A stretch of DNA of 64,000 bases from a virus. Below are positions 18,174 through 28,415 of this stretch, in pieces. Below the pieces are notes generated by a model. It ran no database searches, was not told the DNA's origin, and was given only the letters and a program-made list of their open reading frames with translations. Made by a program: the position numbers and the translations under genes. The stretch's first letter is position 1, and the number at the start of each line of letters is the position of its first letter. The stretch is taken from the IMG/VR virus record IMGVR_UViG_3300025892_000010, one strand, 5' to 3'.

Positions 18174-18446
18174 TTACTTATTATACGTGATTTTTGGCTC
18201 GGTATCAACTTTAGTTTTAGTTTCACCAGACATTGTTTTGCCTTTGCCCTCTGATTCTTTTTTATACTTTGAGTCCATCTTATTGAAAAAATCTTTTTTC
18301 TCTTGGTCAGACATTGAAGCCAAACCTTTACCAGTTTTTTCTAATTCTTTTTTGAACATTTGTTGGTAAGCAGAATCATTAATATATTTTGTAAGGTCTT
18401 TAGTTGCTTCCTCTAAACTACCTGATTTTGAATTAAAATATCCCAT
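18174..18446 (-). CDS. Hypothetical head-associated protein
   Basis: 90 aa; coupled to the upstream gene. Confidence 0.55.
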   Translation of the reverse strand: MGYFNSKSGSLEEATKDLTKYINDSAYQQMFKKELEKTGKGLASMSDQEKKDFFNKMDSKYKKESEGKGKTMSGETKTKVDTEPKITYNK

Positions 18447-21400
18447 TATTTTCCTTTTACTTGTTTTGCTAAATCTTTATCTGCACCACCCCAAGTACCA
18501 CTTGATTTGGTTACAAAAGAATTAACTCTTGCGAAAGCCCATTGTTGTTGAGTAGCACCTGGTCTGTGGCCACCTCGCCAAGCTGCCATACCTCTATCGT
18601 AAACTTTTTTAAGAATACCATAAGGCATTCCTGATTTTTCAGCCTTATTTTTTAAACCTGCAATTTGTTCAAAGACTGCCCTAGCTGGGTGTTCTTCGTT
18701 CTTCATTTTAGGTTTCATACCTTGTTTTTTTAATCTGTCCATATCTGCAACAGCAGGAGCATTTTCAGCTTTTACTTTTGCACCATAAAAGTTTTTAAGG
18801 TCGTGAGCATACTTGTTTAAGTCTGCACCTTTACCATCTACTTTCATAACCGTACCTTTAGCATTAATAGTAAAACCTTGTTTTGCTAAATCAGTAGAAG
18901 CTTTTGACATATCATCCATAGATTTAAATGTAATAGTCATCTTTTTAAACTCATTTAAATCTTCGTTAGTTCTTTTCAAAACCTTTTGTACATCTGGATG
19001 TTTTGATAAACCTTTTGCAAGTTTCTCAATAGCTTTGACAGCGCCAGTATAATTACCTTGTTTGTATCTAGGGTCATTTGCAATACCGTATGCTTGTTTA
19101 ATTTGTTGTGAAGTAAACTCTACAAGTGTTTCTTCAGGCACACAATTAGGTACTTGTTTGCCACCTTTATCTTTCATACCAACTTGTTTGTAACCTGTCC
19201 AACAAGCTTCAAACATTTCTTCATCCATTTCTTCACCGAATTGGATATTTTTTACCGTAAATTTCATATTTCTTACTGCAAGTTTACTTCTTGAACCACT
19301 TGAAATAAAAGGTATGTTTTCTTTACCTAATTTTTGTAAGTCTGCTTCTTTAAATTTATCAAGAATATTCATAAGTTGTTTTGCTCTAGCAGCTGTAATC
19401 TTTTTATTTCTAAAAGGTTCGTATTCTTTTTTAAGAGTTGCAATCATTTGAGGTGTAATACCAGCTTCTGAAATTACTTCTTCATTTTTATATTTCTTTT
19501 CTAGTATCAATCTGCCTACATAACCTAATTTATCTTCATTTTTTCTTGTCATCTTTGATAAATCTTTAAACATATCTAAAGCAGCTTCTAATGAAGAATT
19601 ACATTTATGTGATTTTGTATAATTATCGTGGTCAGCATTTTCATCATAACAAAACTCTAATTCACCTGCAATCATTTCAAGTTTCTCTTTCATTTTTTCG
19701 TCTTTAGTTTCATCTGCTACACTTAATAATGAGTTAGCCATATCTTCTAGGTTCTGAAGTGTCTCTATAACTTCTGGTCTAAAACCTTTTTTAGCATTTG
19801 ACATACCACTACCAGGACTGCCTTCAGTTTTATCTGCATTTACCATATCAACTATTGTTTTTAAAGTTGCTGTACCATCTTTAATTAATGGTCCCATATT
19901 TTTTGAAGTCTGTTGAGGCATATCACCATATGCTTGGTCATTAAATAAATCTATTTGTTTATCAGCTACTTTCATTTTTTCTAATGACGCTAATTTTTTA
20001 CCACTAAATTTTGCCATCAAATCTTGAAATGCCGCTTCTGCTTTATCTGGTTCTGCTTCAGCAACATCACTACCTACATACCCAAGTTCATCTGCAAGGT
20101 CATCAAGACCCATTTCTCTACATTTTTCTATAGCAGCGTCAAATGAAAATTCATCATCAAAATCTAATTCTATTGGATTGCCATCTTCATCTTCTAAATC
20201 ACCATTGTCTAGGTCTTTTAAAAAGTTTCTTGATTTAATTTGTGTATCGTCTGCTTCTTTTGGTTTATCTTTTTTAGGTGCTTCAGGTTTTTTAGGAGCA
20301 GGTGTATCAGATTTTGGTTCATCATCTTTACCTACTTTTACTAGATTATCACCAGAAGTTTTATGAGTTACCTTACCATCTTTACCATAACGACCAAACT
20401 TCATATAGTCTAGTCCCATACCTTTTGCTTTATCAGAGGCAGCCGATTCTGTCATTTCTTCTTCTTCATCATTAAGTTTAGGTTTATCTTTACCCACTTG
20501 AGCAATCATATCTGAACGTTTTTTTGCTTCTTGTTCTTCTTTTTCTTTTTCCATCTTTTGCTTTAGATGTTTATAAGCAATACCTACCTGTAATAATGGT
20601 TCGCCTGTTTCAGGATTAACCATTTTATCTTGTGCTGTTCTAGCTCTTTGTGCTTGTTTCTGTGCGTCTGTTTGTGCTTTTTGTTTTACAGCAACCGTTT
20701 GCTCTCTACTTTTTTCTAATTCTTTTTTAAGTTTTTCTACTTCACCATTTTCTGCTTCTTCTAAACTTTCTTTGTATATAAAATCACCTGCATAGTCATT
20801 AAGTTTGTCAACTTCTCTATCAGAAATATAATTACCATCTTTCTCCATACCATTCATAGATACATCTAAAACAGACCTAGACCCTCTAGCTTGTGCTTGT
20901 TTGACGATTTTATTTAATGCTTGACCAAACTTTTTAGCAGCATCCTTAGGACTAAAAGCATTGATATTCATTTCTTTACCCTGGCCAACATATCTATTAT
21001 CAGCACCACTACTTGAATCTACATCATAATTAATAGTAAATTTTGCCTCTTCTAATTCTTCTTCTTTTACTTCAACAGGTACATCATTTTCAGGTGCTAC
21101 ATCTGTTTTTTCTTTCTTCTTTACAGCTTCTTCCCAAGTCTCAACGGTTTCTTTAATCTTATCTGTCTTAGCTTTTGCTTGAGCGTCTTGCATATCTTGA
21201 GCAGAATCACCCTCTGATTCACCTAGAATTGCTTTTACCGTTTTTACATCTATGCCTAATTCTTTTGCAATCTTAGCCGCTGACGCACCTTGTTTTCTCA
21301 TTGCGTCTATATCTGACATTCTACCTTCAACTAAATCTGATAGTTGATTAATACCTGCGTGTTTGATTGCTAGTTGTGTAGGGACATCCATATTTGCAAT

Positions 21401-21562
21401 CATTTTTTTGACTGCTGGTGTCACATCTGATTTTGTTTTATGTTTCCATAAATTTTTAATGTTCTTAATTTGTGTGTCATTCAGTCTTGATTGTAAGTAA
21501 CCAACTTCATTTAAGTTTACTTCAGCCATTGCTTCTGACATTGTTTTTCTATATCTACTCAT
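18446..21562 (-). CDS. Large modular polyprotein-like putative internal head protein
   Basis: Start set at MSRYRK; many small modules separated by acidic (L/I/M)xE linkers; HTH-like, CWxGY..PNCV and DRGMAAWRGGHRPGA modules. Confidence 0.65.
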   Translation of the reverse strand: MSRYRKTMSEAMAEVNLNEVGYLQSRLNDTQIKNIKNLWKHKTKSDVTPAVKKMIANMDVPTQLAIKHAGINQLSDLVEGRMSDIDAMRKQGASAAKIAKELGIDVKTVKAILGESEGDSAQDMQDAQAKAKTDKIKETVETWEEAVKKKEKTDVAPENDVPVEVKEEELEEAKFTINYDVDSSSGADNRYVGQGKEMNINAFSPKDAAKKFGQALNKIVKQAQARGSRSVLDVSMNGMEKDGNYISDREVDKLNDYAGDFIYKESLEEAENGEVEKLKKELEKSREQTVAVKQKAQTDAQKQAQRARTAQDKMVNPETGEPLLQVGIAYKHLKQKMEKEKEEQEAKKRSDMIAQVGKDKPKLNDEEEEMTESAASDKAKGMGLDYMKFGRYGKDGKVTHKTSGDNLVKVGKDDEPKSDTPAPKKPEAPKKDKPKEADDTQIKSRNFLKDLDNGDLEDEDGNPIELDFDDEFSFDAAIEKCREMGLDDLADELGYVGSDVAEAEPDKAEAAFQDLMAKFSGKKLASLEKMKVADKQIDLFNDQAYGDMPQQTSKNMGPLIKDGTATLKTIVDMVNADKTEGSPGSGMSNAKKGFRPEVIETLQNLEDMANSLLSVADETKDEKMKEKLEMIAGELEFCYDENADHDNYTKSHKCNSSLEAALDMFKDLSKMTRKNEDKLGYVGRLILEKKYKNEEVISEAGITPQMIATLKKEYEPFRNKKITAARAKQLMNILDKFKEADLQKLGKENIPFISSGSRSKLAVRNMKFTVKNIQFGEEMDEEMFEACWTGYKQVGMKDKGGKQVPNCVPEETLVEFTSQQIKQAYGIANDPRYKQGNYTGAVKAIEKLAKGLSKHPDVQKVLKRTNEDLNEFKKMTITFKSMDDMSKASTDLAKQGFTINAKGTVMKVDGKGADLNKYAHDLKNFYGAKVKAENAPAVADMDRLKKQGMKPKMKNEEHPARAVFEQIAGLKNKAEKSGMPYGILKKVYDRGMAAWRGGHRPGATQQQWAFARVNSFVTKSSGTWGGADKDLAKQVKGK

Positions 21563-21912
21563 TAGTTGTTTACCTTTGCTCCTGCTCTCCATTGATAACA
21601 AGACCAATATCGTGCTTTCCATTTAGGACCTGGATTATCACAATTGTGCCTTGCTCTAAACGATTTACGTCTAGCTGGGTCGTCTCTTTTAATACTTAAA
21701 CCTGTTGTGTCACCAAATGATACTTTAACTACATTACCTTTTTCGTTCTTAACATAAACATAAAACTTCTTACTACCACCACGAATTGGGTCATTAAGTT
21801 TGACCTTTTTGCCTTGATATTCAGACTCTTGTAAAGGTTCGTGTTCGTGTTCAAAAATACACTCATCACATTCTTTATCGTAGTTTTCAAATTCTTTTAA
21901 TGTTTTTACCAT
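21562..21912 (-). CDS. Basic conserved domain protein (KSFRARHNC...RYWSC)
   Basis: KTLKEF N-terminus, LQE linker, then basic domain. Confidence 0.65.
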   Translation of the reverse strand: MVKTLKEFENYDKECDECIFEHEHEPLQESEYQGKKVKLNDPIRGGSKKFYVYVKNEKGNVVKVSFGDTTGLSIKRDDPARRKSFRARHNCDNPGPKWKARYWSCYQWRAGAKVNN

Positions 21913-24209
21913 TAGACTTTCTCTATCATTTTAGCAACAGCCTCTTTTAGCTTTGCTTCCCATTGTTCTTTATAACGTTCCCTATATTTATTCATTGTGG
22001 ACTCTGTAGCTGCCCATTCTTTTATATCTTTTTCAGTAGGGTTATCCGTTTCTCTTTCTAGGAAACCTTTGATTTTCTTCTTAACTGCCATATCACCACT
22101 ACCTGGTTGTGACGGTTTGTATGTAGGATTTTCATATCCTGCATAGTCTGGTTCACCTGGTGTTATGGTTGATGTATGTTTAGCGTAGTCGTTACCAATG
22201 TCTGTCGCCTCTTTAATCTTTGAAACGAGGTCTTTTCGTAATTCTCCAAACATTTTTTTATATTTCTGCGTGTGTTTAGATGGTTTAGTTTTAGCTGTCT
22301 TATCTCCAGGTGCTGGAGTGTTGTCATTCTTGGTTGTGTCTTTGCCTTTAAAATGGCCAGCTCGTTTATCTTTAACATCTTTTTTTAGTCCACTATAATA
22401 CTTTTTAGGTTGTGTTCCTTTTTTATCTTTCACGTCTTTATCTTGAGCTAATCTATCAGTATGTGCTTTAGAAGCCTCTGATACTGCCTCAAATCCATAG
22501 TCAACGTCTAGGTTATATTCCCTCACGTCTACCTCTCTATCTGCCGATACAGGTACACAATCCCATATCCAAGCTTTATGTAAATTATTTTTATCGTCTT
22601 CTAATACGACATAATTAGTACCTTTTCTTTTTACGGTACCTTGTATATCTTCTTTGACATAATCAACTTTGTCACCAATATTAAATATCATTTCTCTAAT
22701 ATATAAATCTCTAATTTGTTGGTGTTCAAAGTCTTTAAATGGTACAACTTCTTTAGTCTCGCCTGTGTATTGAGCGGCTAAATTCATACCTTGTCTTACT
22801 TGTTTCATTATAGCATTTGCGTCAACACCTCTTGGTAGTCCTCTTTTAAAACTAGCAATATCGTTGCTTGAAGCAGCTGCTCTCATTTTACTCGCTGACA
22901 TACCTGATACGTTATCGGCATCGGGGTCTCTTTCGCCAGCAGATACAACATCAATATTATCAAAGTTATAATAACCGTGTCTTGATTTTACATCATTATA
23001 CTTTTTAATTATTGTATCAAATTCTCTAACTCTATCACTACCTACAACCATAGTTATATCACTATAACCTTTTTTGTAAAGTAATGTACAAATATCTAAT
23101 ATCATATTTGTATTATTAACTTCTATATTTCTTGCGTGTCTAGGAAACATCTTTTTCATTATGTCTAGTTTTTGTCTAGGCGATAATGGATTCTTTTTAG
23201 GGTCCTGACTTCTACTTAAATAAATTCTGTAATCGTTTGACCTAATACTTGCCACTTTATTAATTAACTTTTCGTGACCAGTTGTAGGTGGATTAAATCT
23301 ACCAAAACTAAATGCGATTGACTTGCCTTTAGCTTCGTGCATTTCTAAATCATCTATCTCTTTATCGGTAACTTTACCGTCATCTAAAATCTTTTTACAT
23401 TTTTTATAGAAGTTTAAATAGTGATATTTTTCTAACATCTTATAGATAACATTTTTAGGTAATCTATTCTTAATACCAAACTTTTGTATTTCGTCTGGTG
23501 TCATATCTGAATCAAAAGCAGCTCTTCTATCTGCGTCAACACCATCACCTACTTTAATAATGGCTTTGATACTATCTTCTATTTCTTCTAACTTATCGTT
23601 AATTCTATCTTGTAAATTTAAAATATCATTAGGTTCTAATTCTTCTAATTCTCTGTAATCAATAATGTCTCTTTTTAATTCACCTTTGATAACATCTAAC
23701 TCTTGTACTTTTTTCTCAAAATCTTTTAAGTATAAACTAGGGTCAAATGTAAAATCGTCAGGTCTTTTTATAAACTTATTACCCTCAATATCAAATACTG
23801 CGTCTGCCTTTTTATTCTGGTCATCATAAGTTTGTTTGTCTGTAATAAAATAATAATTAATAGGGTGTTTAGAACCTGGTATTAATTTGCCTTGTATGTT
23901 ATCTGGATTAGAAGCAGACAAATACTTTTTAGATAGTCTTAATCTTTCTTCTTCTTGTTTATCAACAGGTACATCAAACAATACATTAAGGTCTAGGTCT
24001 GCGTCATTTCTATATCTCTTTGTAAGAATAGAACCGATAAGAGAAACTTTTAAAACAGGATACTCACTTTCAAATTCTTCTAGTTGTTTATTGATTAATA
24101 CAACAACACTAGGTTTGATTTTAGGATTAGGAGTATCAGCGTCATCAAACACAGCCTTAGCATATGTTCTTCTTGGTATATCTATGATACTTTCTTTAAA
24201 CGTTTTCAT
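21912..24209 (-). CDS. Fusion of Pol-beta-type nucleotidyltransferase, helical domain and HxGH cytidyltransferase-like domain
   Basis: GSIL...DADLD; FGRFNPPTTGH; VVGSDR; MSASKMR; start set at MKTFKE. Confidence 0.75.
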   Translation of the reverse strand: MKTFKESIIDIPRRTYAKAVFDDADTPNPKIKPSVVVLINKQLEEFESEYPVLKVSLIGSILTKRYRNDADLDLNVLFDVPVDKQEEERLRLSKKYLSASNPDNIQGKLIPGSKHPINYYFITDKQTYDDQNKKADAVFDIEGNKFIKRPDDFTFDPSLYLKDFEKKVQELDVIKGELKRDIIDYRELEELEPNDILNLQDRINDKLEEIEDSIKAIIKVGDGVDADRRAAFDSDMTPDEIQKFGIKNRLPKNVIYKMLEKYHYLNFYKKCKKILDDGKVTDKEIDDLEMHEAKGKSIAFSFGRFNPPTTGHEKLINKVASIRSNDYRIYLSRSQDPKKNPLSPRQKLDIMKKMFPRHARNIEVNNTNMILDICTLLYKKGYSDITMVVGSDRVREFDTIIKKYNDVKSRHGYYNFDNIDVVSAGERDPDADNVSGMSASKMRAAASSNDIASFKRGLPRGVDANAIMKQVRQGMNLAAQYTGETKEVVPFKDFEHQQIRDLYIREMIFNIGDKVDYVKEDIQGTVKRKGTNYVVLEDDKNNLHKAWIWDCVPVSADREVDVREYNLDVDYGFEAVSEASKAHTDRLAQDKDVKDKKGTQPKKYYSGLKKDVKDKRAGHFKGKDTTKNDNTPAPGDKTAKTKPSKHTQKYKKMFGELRKDLVSKIKEATDIGNDYAKHTSTITPGEPDYAGYENPTYKPSQPGSGDMAVKKKIKGFLERETDNPTEKDIKEWAATESTMNKYRERYKEQWEAKLKEAVAKMIEKV

Positions 24210-24898
24210 CTTCTTTTTAATTTTCTTTCTGTAGCCATCCATCTTTTTGCTGTGTATGACTTAATTTTATTTGATAATAAACCTCTTACTGCTTTACCAA
24301 CTTTACTCATTACTATTGTTGTAAGTTCTTTATCGTCTTTACTATTATCTACAATCACCATATTATTCATACCAAATAAATTTTGAAATCTACCAATATT
24401 AGATTGTACACCTTCCCAAGATTTTCTTGTAATATATTCTGGTACGGTTCTCTCTCTTTTTTTATTTCTTTCTAATGCAACATCTAAACTAGTATTAACA
24501 AATATCATATAACAATCATAACCTAATTGTCTTAACATAGCAGTTTGGTTTTTAATCTTATCATAATCTCTACCAGTACCATCAACAACCATACCTAATC
24601 TACCTTTGATAGATAAGTCCATTATATTACCTGTTGTTGCCTTTGCTCTGGCTCTTACTATATCTCTCGCCTCTGCCTCATCTTCAGGCATTTTTAATGA
24701 AAGATTGTTTTTCTTTAATGCATTTTCAAAACCAGTATCAGAGTTAATCATTCTTAAACCTGTACCACCAAAAGCACTTCTTGTCACAAATGTTTTACCA
24801 GAACCTGGACCACCTGCAAGAAAAAATGCCTTAAAAATATTAGGGTCATATAAACCCTCATTTAATTCTGTATATTTTATGTCGTTAAATGTTTTCAT
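24206..24898 (-). CDS. P-loop kinase (zeta-toxin/AAA_33-like)
   Basis: LAGGPGSGKT, INSD, VDGT, ALERNKKRER. Confidence 0.75.
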   Translation of the reverse strand: MKTFNDIKYTELNEGLYDPNIFKAFFLAGGPGSGKTFVTRSAFGGTGLRMINSDTGFENALKKNNLSLKMPEDEAEARDIVRARAKATTGNIMDLSIKGRLGMVVDGTGRDYDKIKNQTAMLRQLGYDCYMIFVNTSLDVALERNKKRERTVPEYITRKSWEGVQSNIGRFQNLFGMNNMVIVDNSKDDKELTTIVMSKVGKAVRGLLSNKIKSYTAKRWMATERKLKRR

Positions 24899-25476
24899 CT
24901 TTCTATTCTTTTTATAATTTTATTTGCAATAACTTCAGGCTCTGCACCCTCAGCTTTAATATTTATTAATTGTTCATCAAAATGTTTAATAACAGGACCA
25001 ACTTGTTTTTCGTGTTCTCTTAATCTTTGTTTAATAACTTCTGGTTTATCATCTGCTCTACCTCTGGCCGTCAATCTTCTAATTACTTCTTGTTCAGATA
25101 CTTGTAAGTTAATAATAAAATTATGTTCTATATTATTTTTATCCATTGCTCTTACTTGTTCCATACTTCTAGGAAAACCATCAAATACATATCCGTTTCT
25201 TGCGTCTGGTTTTTTAAGTCTGTCCATAACTTCTCTCATAACAATCTCTGTCGGAGCAAACTTACCATTCGCTAATAATTCTTTTACTCTTTTACCATCT
25301 GGTGTATCTTTCTTTGCCAAGTCTCTCATCATATCACCAGTATAAATGTGTGGTATATTAAAATGTTTTGTAATATATTTTGAGTAAGTTGATTTACCCG
25401 AACCTGGTCCACCTATCATAATAATTTGCCAAGGTCCACCTTTTATTTCTCTTAAAAATCTTTCTACAAATTTCAC
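24895..25476 (-). CDS. adk: Adenylate kinase (short LID)
   Basis: GGPGSGKST, TGDMMR, DGFPR, RGRADD. Confidence 0.85.
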   Translation of the reverse strand: MKFVERFLREIKGGPWQIIMIGGPGSGKSTYSKYITKHFNIPHIYTGDMMRDLAKKDTPDGKRVKELLANGKFAPTEIVMREVMDRLKKPDARNGYVFDGFPRSMEQVRAMDKNNIEHNFIINLQVSEQEVIRRLTARGRADDKPEVIKQRLREHEKQVGPVIKHFDEQLINIKAEGAEPEVIANKIIKRIER

Positions 25477-25634
25477 TTTTTATATCCTGTACCTTTATCT
25501 CTGTTGCCCCATCTTTTTTGCCAAGCCCAAACACTCATTCTACCACCTATGCTTTCACATATTGAATAGTATTTGTCTAAAACACCAATCATTTTCTTTT
25601 TATATAAATCAATTGTATCTGGTAATGTTCTCAT
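25473..25634 (-). CDS. 53-aa hypothetical protein
   Basis: MRTLPDTID...WAWQKRWGNRDKGTGYKK; TAATG and GTGA overlaps with both neighbours. Confidence 0.6.
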   Translation of the reverse strand: MRTLPDTIDLYKKKMIGVLDKYYSICESIGGRMSVWAWQKRWGNRDKGTGYKK

Positions 25635-26851
25635 TAATTCCATCCTTTAGGCATTGTAAAGTTTTGCCTACTAAATTCTAATCTATCTACAAGTTTAACT
25701 GCACCTGCAACTCTATCAACGGCCACATATCCTTCAGGAGCGGTTACTCTATAACCACTTGAAGTTCTAACAAAATGACCTATACTTTGAATTTGATTCA
25801 TCTTTCTTAATAAAGTATTTTTAGCATTCGCTAAAGTAATATGACTTGCAATCGCAAAGTATAATGCTGTTCTATTTCTTTTGATAAAATTCATACCTTC
25901 TTTTTTTGCTTTTTGGTATGGTGCTTTACCTCTATCAGTTTTCTTACTATCAATTTCTTTATCTAATACGTTTTCGTAATATGTTTCAAATCTTTTTTGC
26001 ATATCTCTTACACCACCCATATTACCTTGCGTTGTTTTGATAAAGTGATTAAAGAAAGTTTTTAATCTAAATCCAACCGTATTAGTGTCTTGACTTGTTT
26101 TAGACATTTCATTTAACATAGGAGCTGCTTTAGATAAAGAGCCTTCAGCCATTCTTATTTGTGCGTCAAAAGCTTTTAGTTCATTAGCATTAAACATAAC
26201 TGAACCAGACTTATCTGTATATTGAGCAGACGCTAAAAATATATTTGAACCACCATTACCTCTAACGGTACCAAAACCTGCTGATAAACTTTTCATATTT
26301 TTACCAGTATATGATGTATGAAATACAATGCCCATTTTGGCTCTAGCAATTTGTTTACCGATATTACTATCTACCGGTACTGCATATGTAATTGTATTAG
26401 GTGTAAATGAAAGCATTTTTTCACCATCAATATTTACTACTTTTAAATCGTCTGTAAATAATAGGTCGCCTTGCAAGATACCTTTGATTGGTAATTTTTT
26501 AAGATAATTAAAACAATATGCAAGTTTTTGAGCTGCACCACCTGTGCCGTGATTTTTTTTAATATCTGATATTGAATAATTGATTTTAGGTGTGACGTTG
26601 AATACTGATTTAGTACCAACAAAGAATTTTCCGTTTTCTGGATTTTGGCCACATATAATAGCAGGCGCACCGTCCCATTTAACGGTCATATTAACTGCAC
26701 CTTTGGCATTACCAGCCAACATATTTCTAACTGATTTTAGAAAGCTTATTGCATTATCACCACCTTTGGCACCGTTATTAATAATATCATCTTCTAGGTG
26801 TTCAAGGTGTGTGTTTTTGTCCTGTGTAAAGAAACCTTTAAAACTAAACAT
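25634..26851 (-). CDS. Conserved T4-like protein (DUF6267-like) with ligase-type nucleotidyltransferase motifs
   Basis: TVKWDG (KxDG), QGDLL, PEGYVA, AVKLV. Confidence 0.6.
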   Translation of the reverse strand: MFSFKGFFTQDKNTHLEHLEDDIINNGAKGGDNAISFLKSVRNMLAGNAKGAVNMTVKWDGAPAIICGQNPENGKFFVGTKSVFNVTPKINYSISDIKKNHGTGGAAQKLAYCFNYLKKLPIKGILQGDLLFTDDLKVVNIDGEKMLSFTPNTITYAVPVDSNIGKQIARAKMGIVFHTSYTGKNMKSLSAGFGTVRGNGGSNIFLASAQYTDKSGSVMFNANELKAFDAQIRMAEGSLSKAAPMLNEMSKTSQDTNTVGFRLKTFFNHFIKTTQGNMGGVRDMQKRFETYYENVLDKEIDSKKTDRGKAPYQKAKKEGMNFIKRNRTALYFAIASHITLANAKNTLLRKMNQIQSIGHFVRTSSGYRVTAPEGYVAVDRVAGAVKLVDRLEFSRQNFTMPKGWN

Positions 26852-26910
26852 TTGTTCTCCAATTTATCCATTTATATAATAATCACTAACCCATTAACAA
26901 ATCATACTAC

Positions 26911-26918
26911 TATTTATA
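26911..26918 (-). promoter_or_regulatory. T4-type late promoter heading the cargo operon
   Basis: TATAAATA. Confidence 0.7.
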
Positions 26919-28394
26919 CTATGAAACCTTTAGAAAAAAGGTAGAAATATCCGTATTAGACATAGCATATCTAACAATCTGTCTTGAAAATTCATCTAGT
27001 TTTTTACCTTTTTTATCAGCTTCAACTGCCTCTAAAAAAAGTAAACCCATATATTTACCAAAATAAAAAGCTTTACTTTTATTTTGGCCTCTTTGTGTAT
27101 ATTCATCTGCGCTCTTTTTAAATATGTCTTCAGCTACCACGTCTTGTTTTTCAGTACCAGGTTTTTGTTTGTTTATAAATCTGGTATATAAATTGTAAAA
27201 GTTTTGAAGGTTAATATCTTTATAGTAAGTCTCTCTATAAGTTGATAGCTTACTTCTATGACCAATGGTTCTGTTAAAATTCTTTTCTACATAATGATTG
27301 ACAACACCACCACCTATTTTACCAGCAGCTGCATATTTGCCTTTCATTTCACCTTGCCAAGATTTAATTGTTTCCATAGCTCTTAATTGCATTTGACCAC
27401 CATCATTAAAATGTAAGTAAACATCTGCTGAATTAAAAAAATCTCCTGTCTGACCAAAAGTAAAACCAGTAAATTTTGTATCGGTATTATGAGTTCTTTT
27501 TCTAGTATTAAATGGTGTTACCGTTGCTTGTGAACCACCAACTTTTTTTAAAGATATACCTAAAGTATGTTCATCAACTTTATCTCTAACTGCCTCTCTT
27601 AATTCTGTCCATTCTACTGGTAAAGTTTTTTCATCTTTAGAAAATGGTAATCTACTAGTAGGTTGTTTTGTACTCATCCATATATCTCCTGGATTCCACT
27701 TATCATCATTAAAAGAACCAGGTGCTATAGGTGGATTGTTAACTTTCTTATCGTAGTCTTGAGCTTTCTTTTTATTATCATAAACAGCTTTCATAAAAGG
27801 AGACCCTCTATGAAAATAAACTTTTTTATTTTTAAAAACTTTTACATACTGCGAATTATAAATTGCATTGGCAGACTTTATAAAAACATCTGTTTTAAAC
27901 CAATCTTCAGGACATTTTTCGTATAAATCTTCAATTTTGTTTCTTTGAGATTTATCATAAGTAAAACAATAATCGTGTTGTTTTTTTAGTGCTTTTATAT
28001 CTGTATTTTGATTAGTTAATTTAGTAGCACTAGTATTAAAAAGTATAGATAGAAAATAACATTGTAATGATTCAGTTATAGCCGTGTCGTTTGCACCACC
28101 ACCTGAACCTTTACCACCACCAAAATCGGGGTCTTTGAAAAATTTAGAAACTAAATCTCTACCTGTTTCAGTTCTTCCTGATTTACTATTAGAATATACA
28201 ATAGTATATTTGTCTTTTTGGTCTTTAACTAATTTTAAACCATAGACTTTTCTACCATTAGCATTTTGACCTAATATAAATTCTTTTTTATCTTTGACTT
28301 TACATTCAAAAATACTTTCATAATCCTTACCTTTATAAGGACCACCGCTGGCTGTGTACTTGTCTCTAAATCTAGTAGCTGATAATTGACCCAT
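26919..28394 (-). CDS. PD-(D/E)xK-like nuclease-fold protein
   Basis: ESLQ...KWNPGDIW...GISLKK; late-like GATAAATA at 28413-28420. Confidence 0.5.
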   Translation of the reverse strand: MGQLSATRFRDKYTASGGPYKGKDYESIFECKVKDKKEFILGQNANGRKVYGLKLVKDQKDKYTIVYSNSKSGRTETGRDLVSKFFKDPDFGGGKGSGGGANDTAITESLQCYFLSILFNTSATKLTNQNTDIKALKKQHDYCFTYDKSQRNKIEDLYEKCPEDWFKTDVFIKSANAIYNSQYVKVFKNKKVYFHRGSPFMKAVYDNKKKAQDYDKKVNNPPIAPGSFNDDKWNPGDIWMSTKQPTSRLPFSKDEKTLPVEWTELREAVRDKVDEHTLGISLKKVGGSQATVTPFNTRKRTHNTDTKFTGFTFGQTGDFFNSADVYLHFNDGGQMQLRAMETIKSWQGEMKGKYAAAGKIGGGVVNHYVEKNFNRTIGHRSKLSTYRETYYKDINLQNFYNLYTRFINKQKPGTEKQDVVAEDIFKKSADEYTQRGQNKSKAFYFGKYMGLLFLEAVEADKKGKKLDEFSRQIVRYAMSNTDISTFFLKVS

Positions 28395-28415
28395 ATGTCT
28401 CTCCCTACATACTAT

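Noticed and set aside
24206-24898. Zeta toxin of a toxin-antitoxin pair
   Set aside because: No epsilon-like antitoxin partner; the context is a late kinase/NTase operon, so only the fold-level call is kept.
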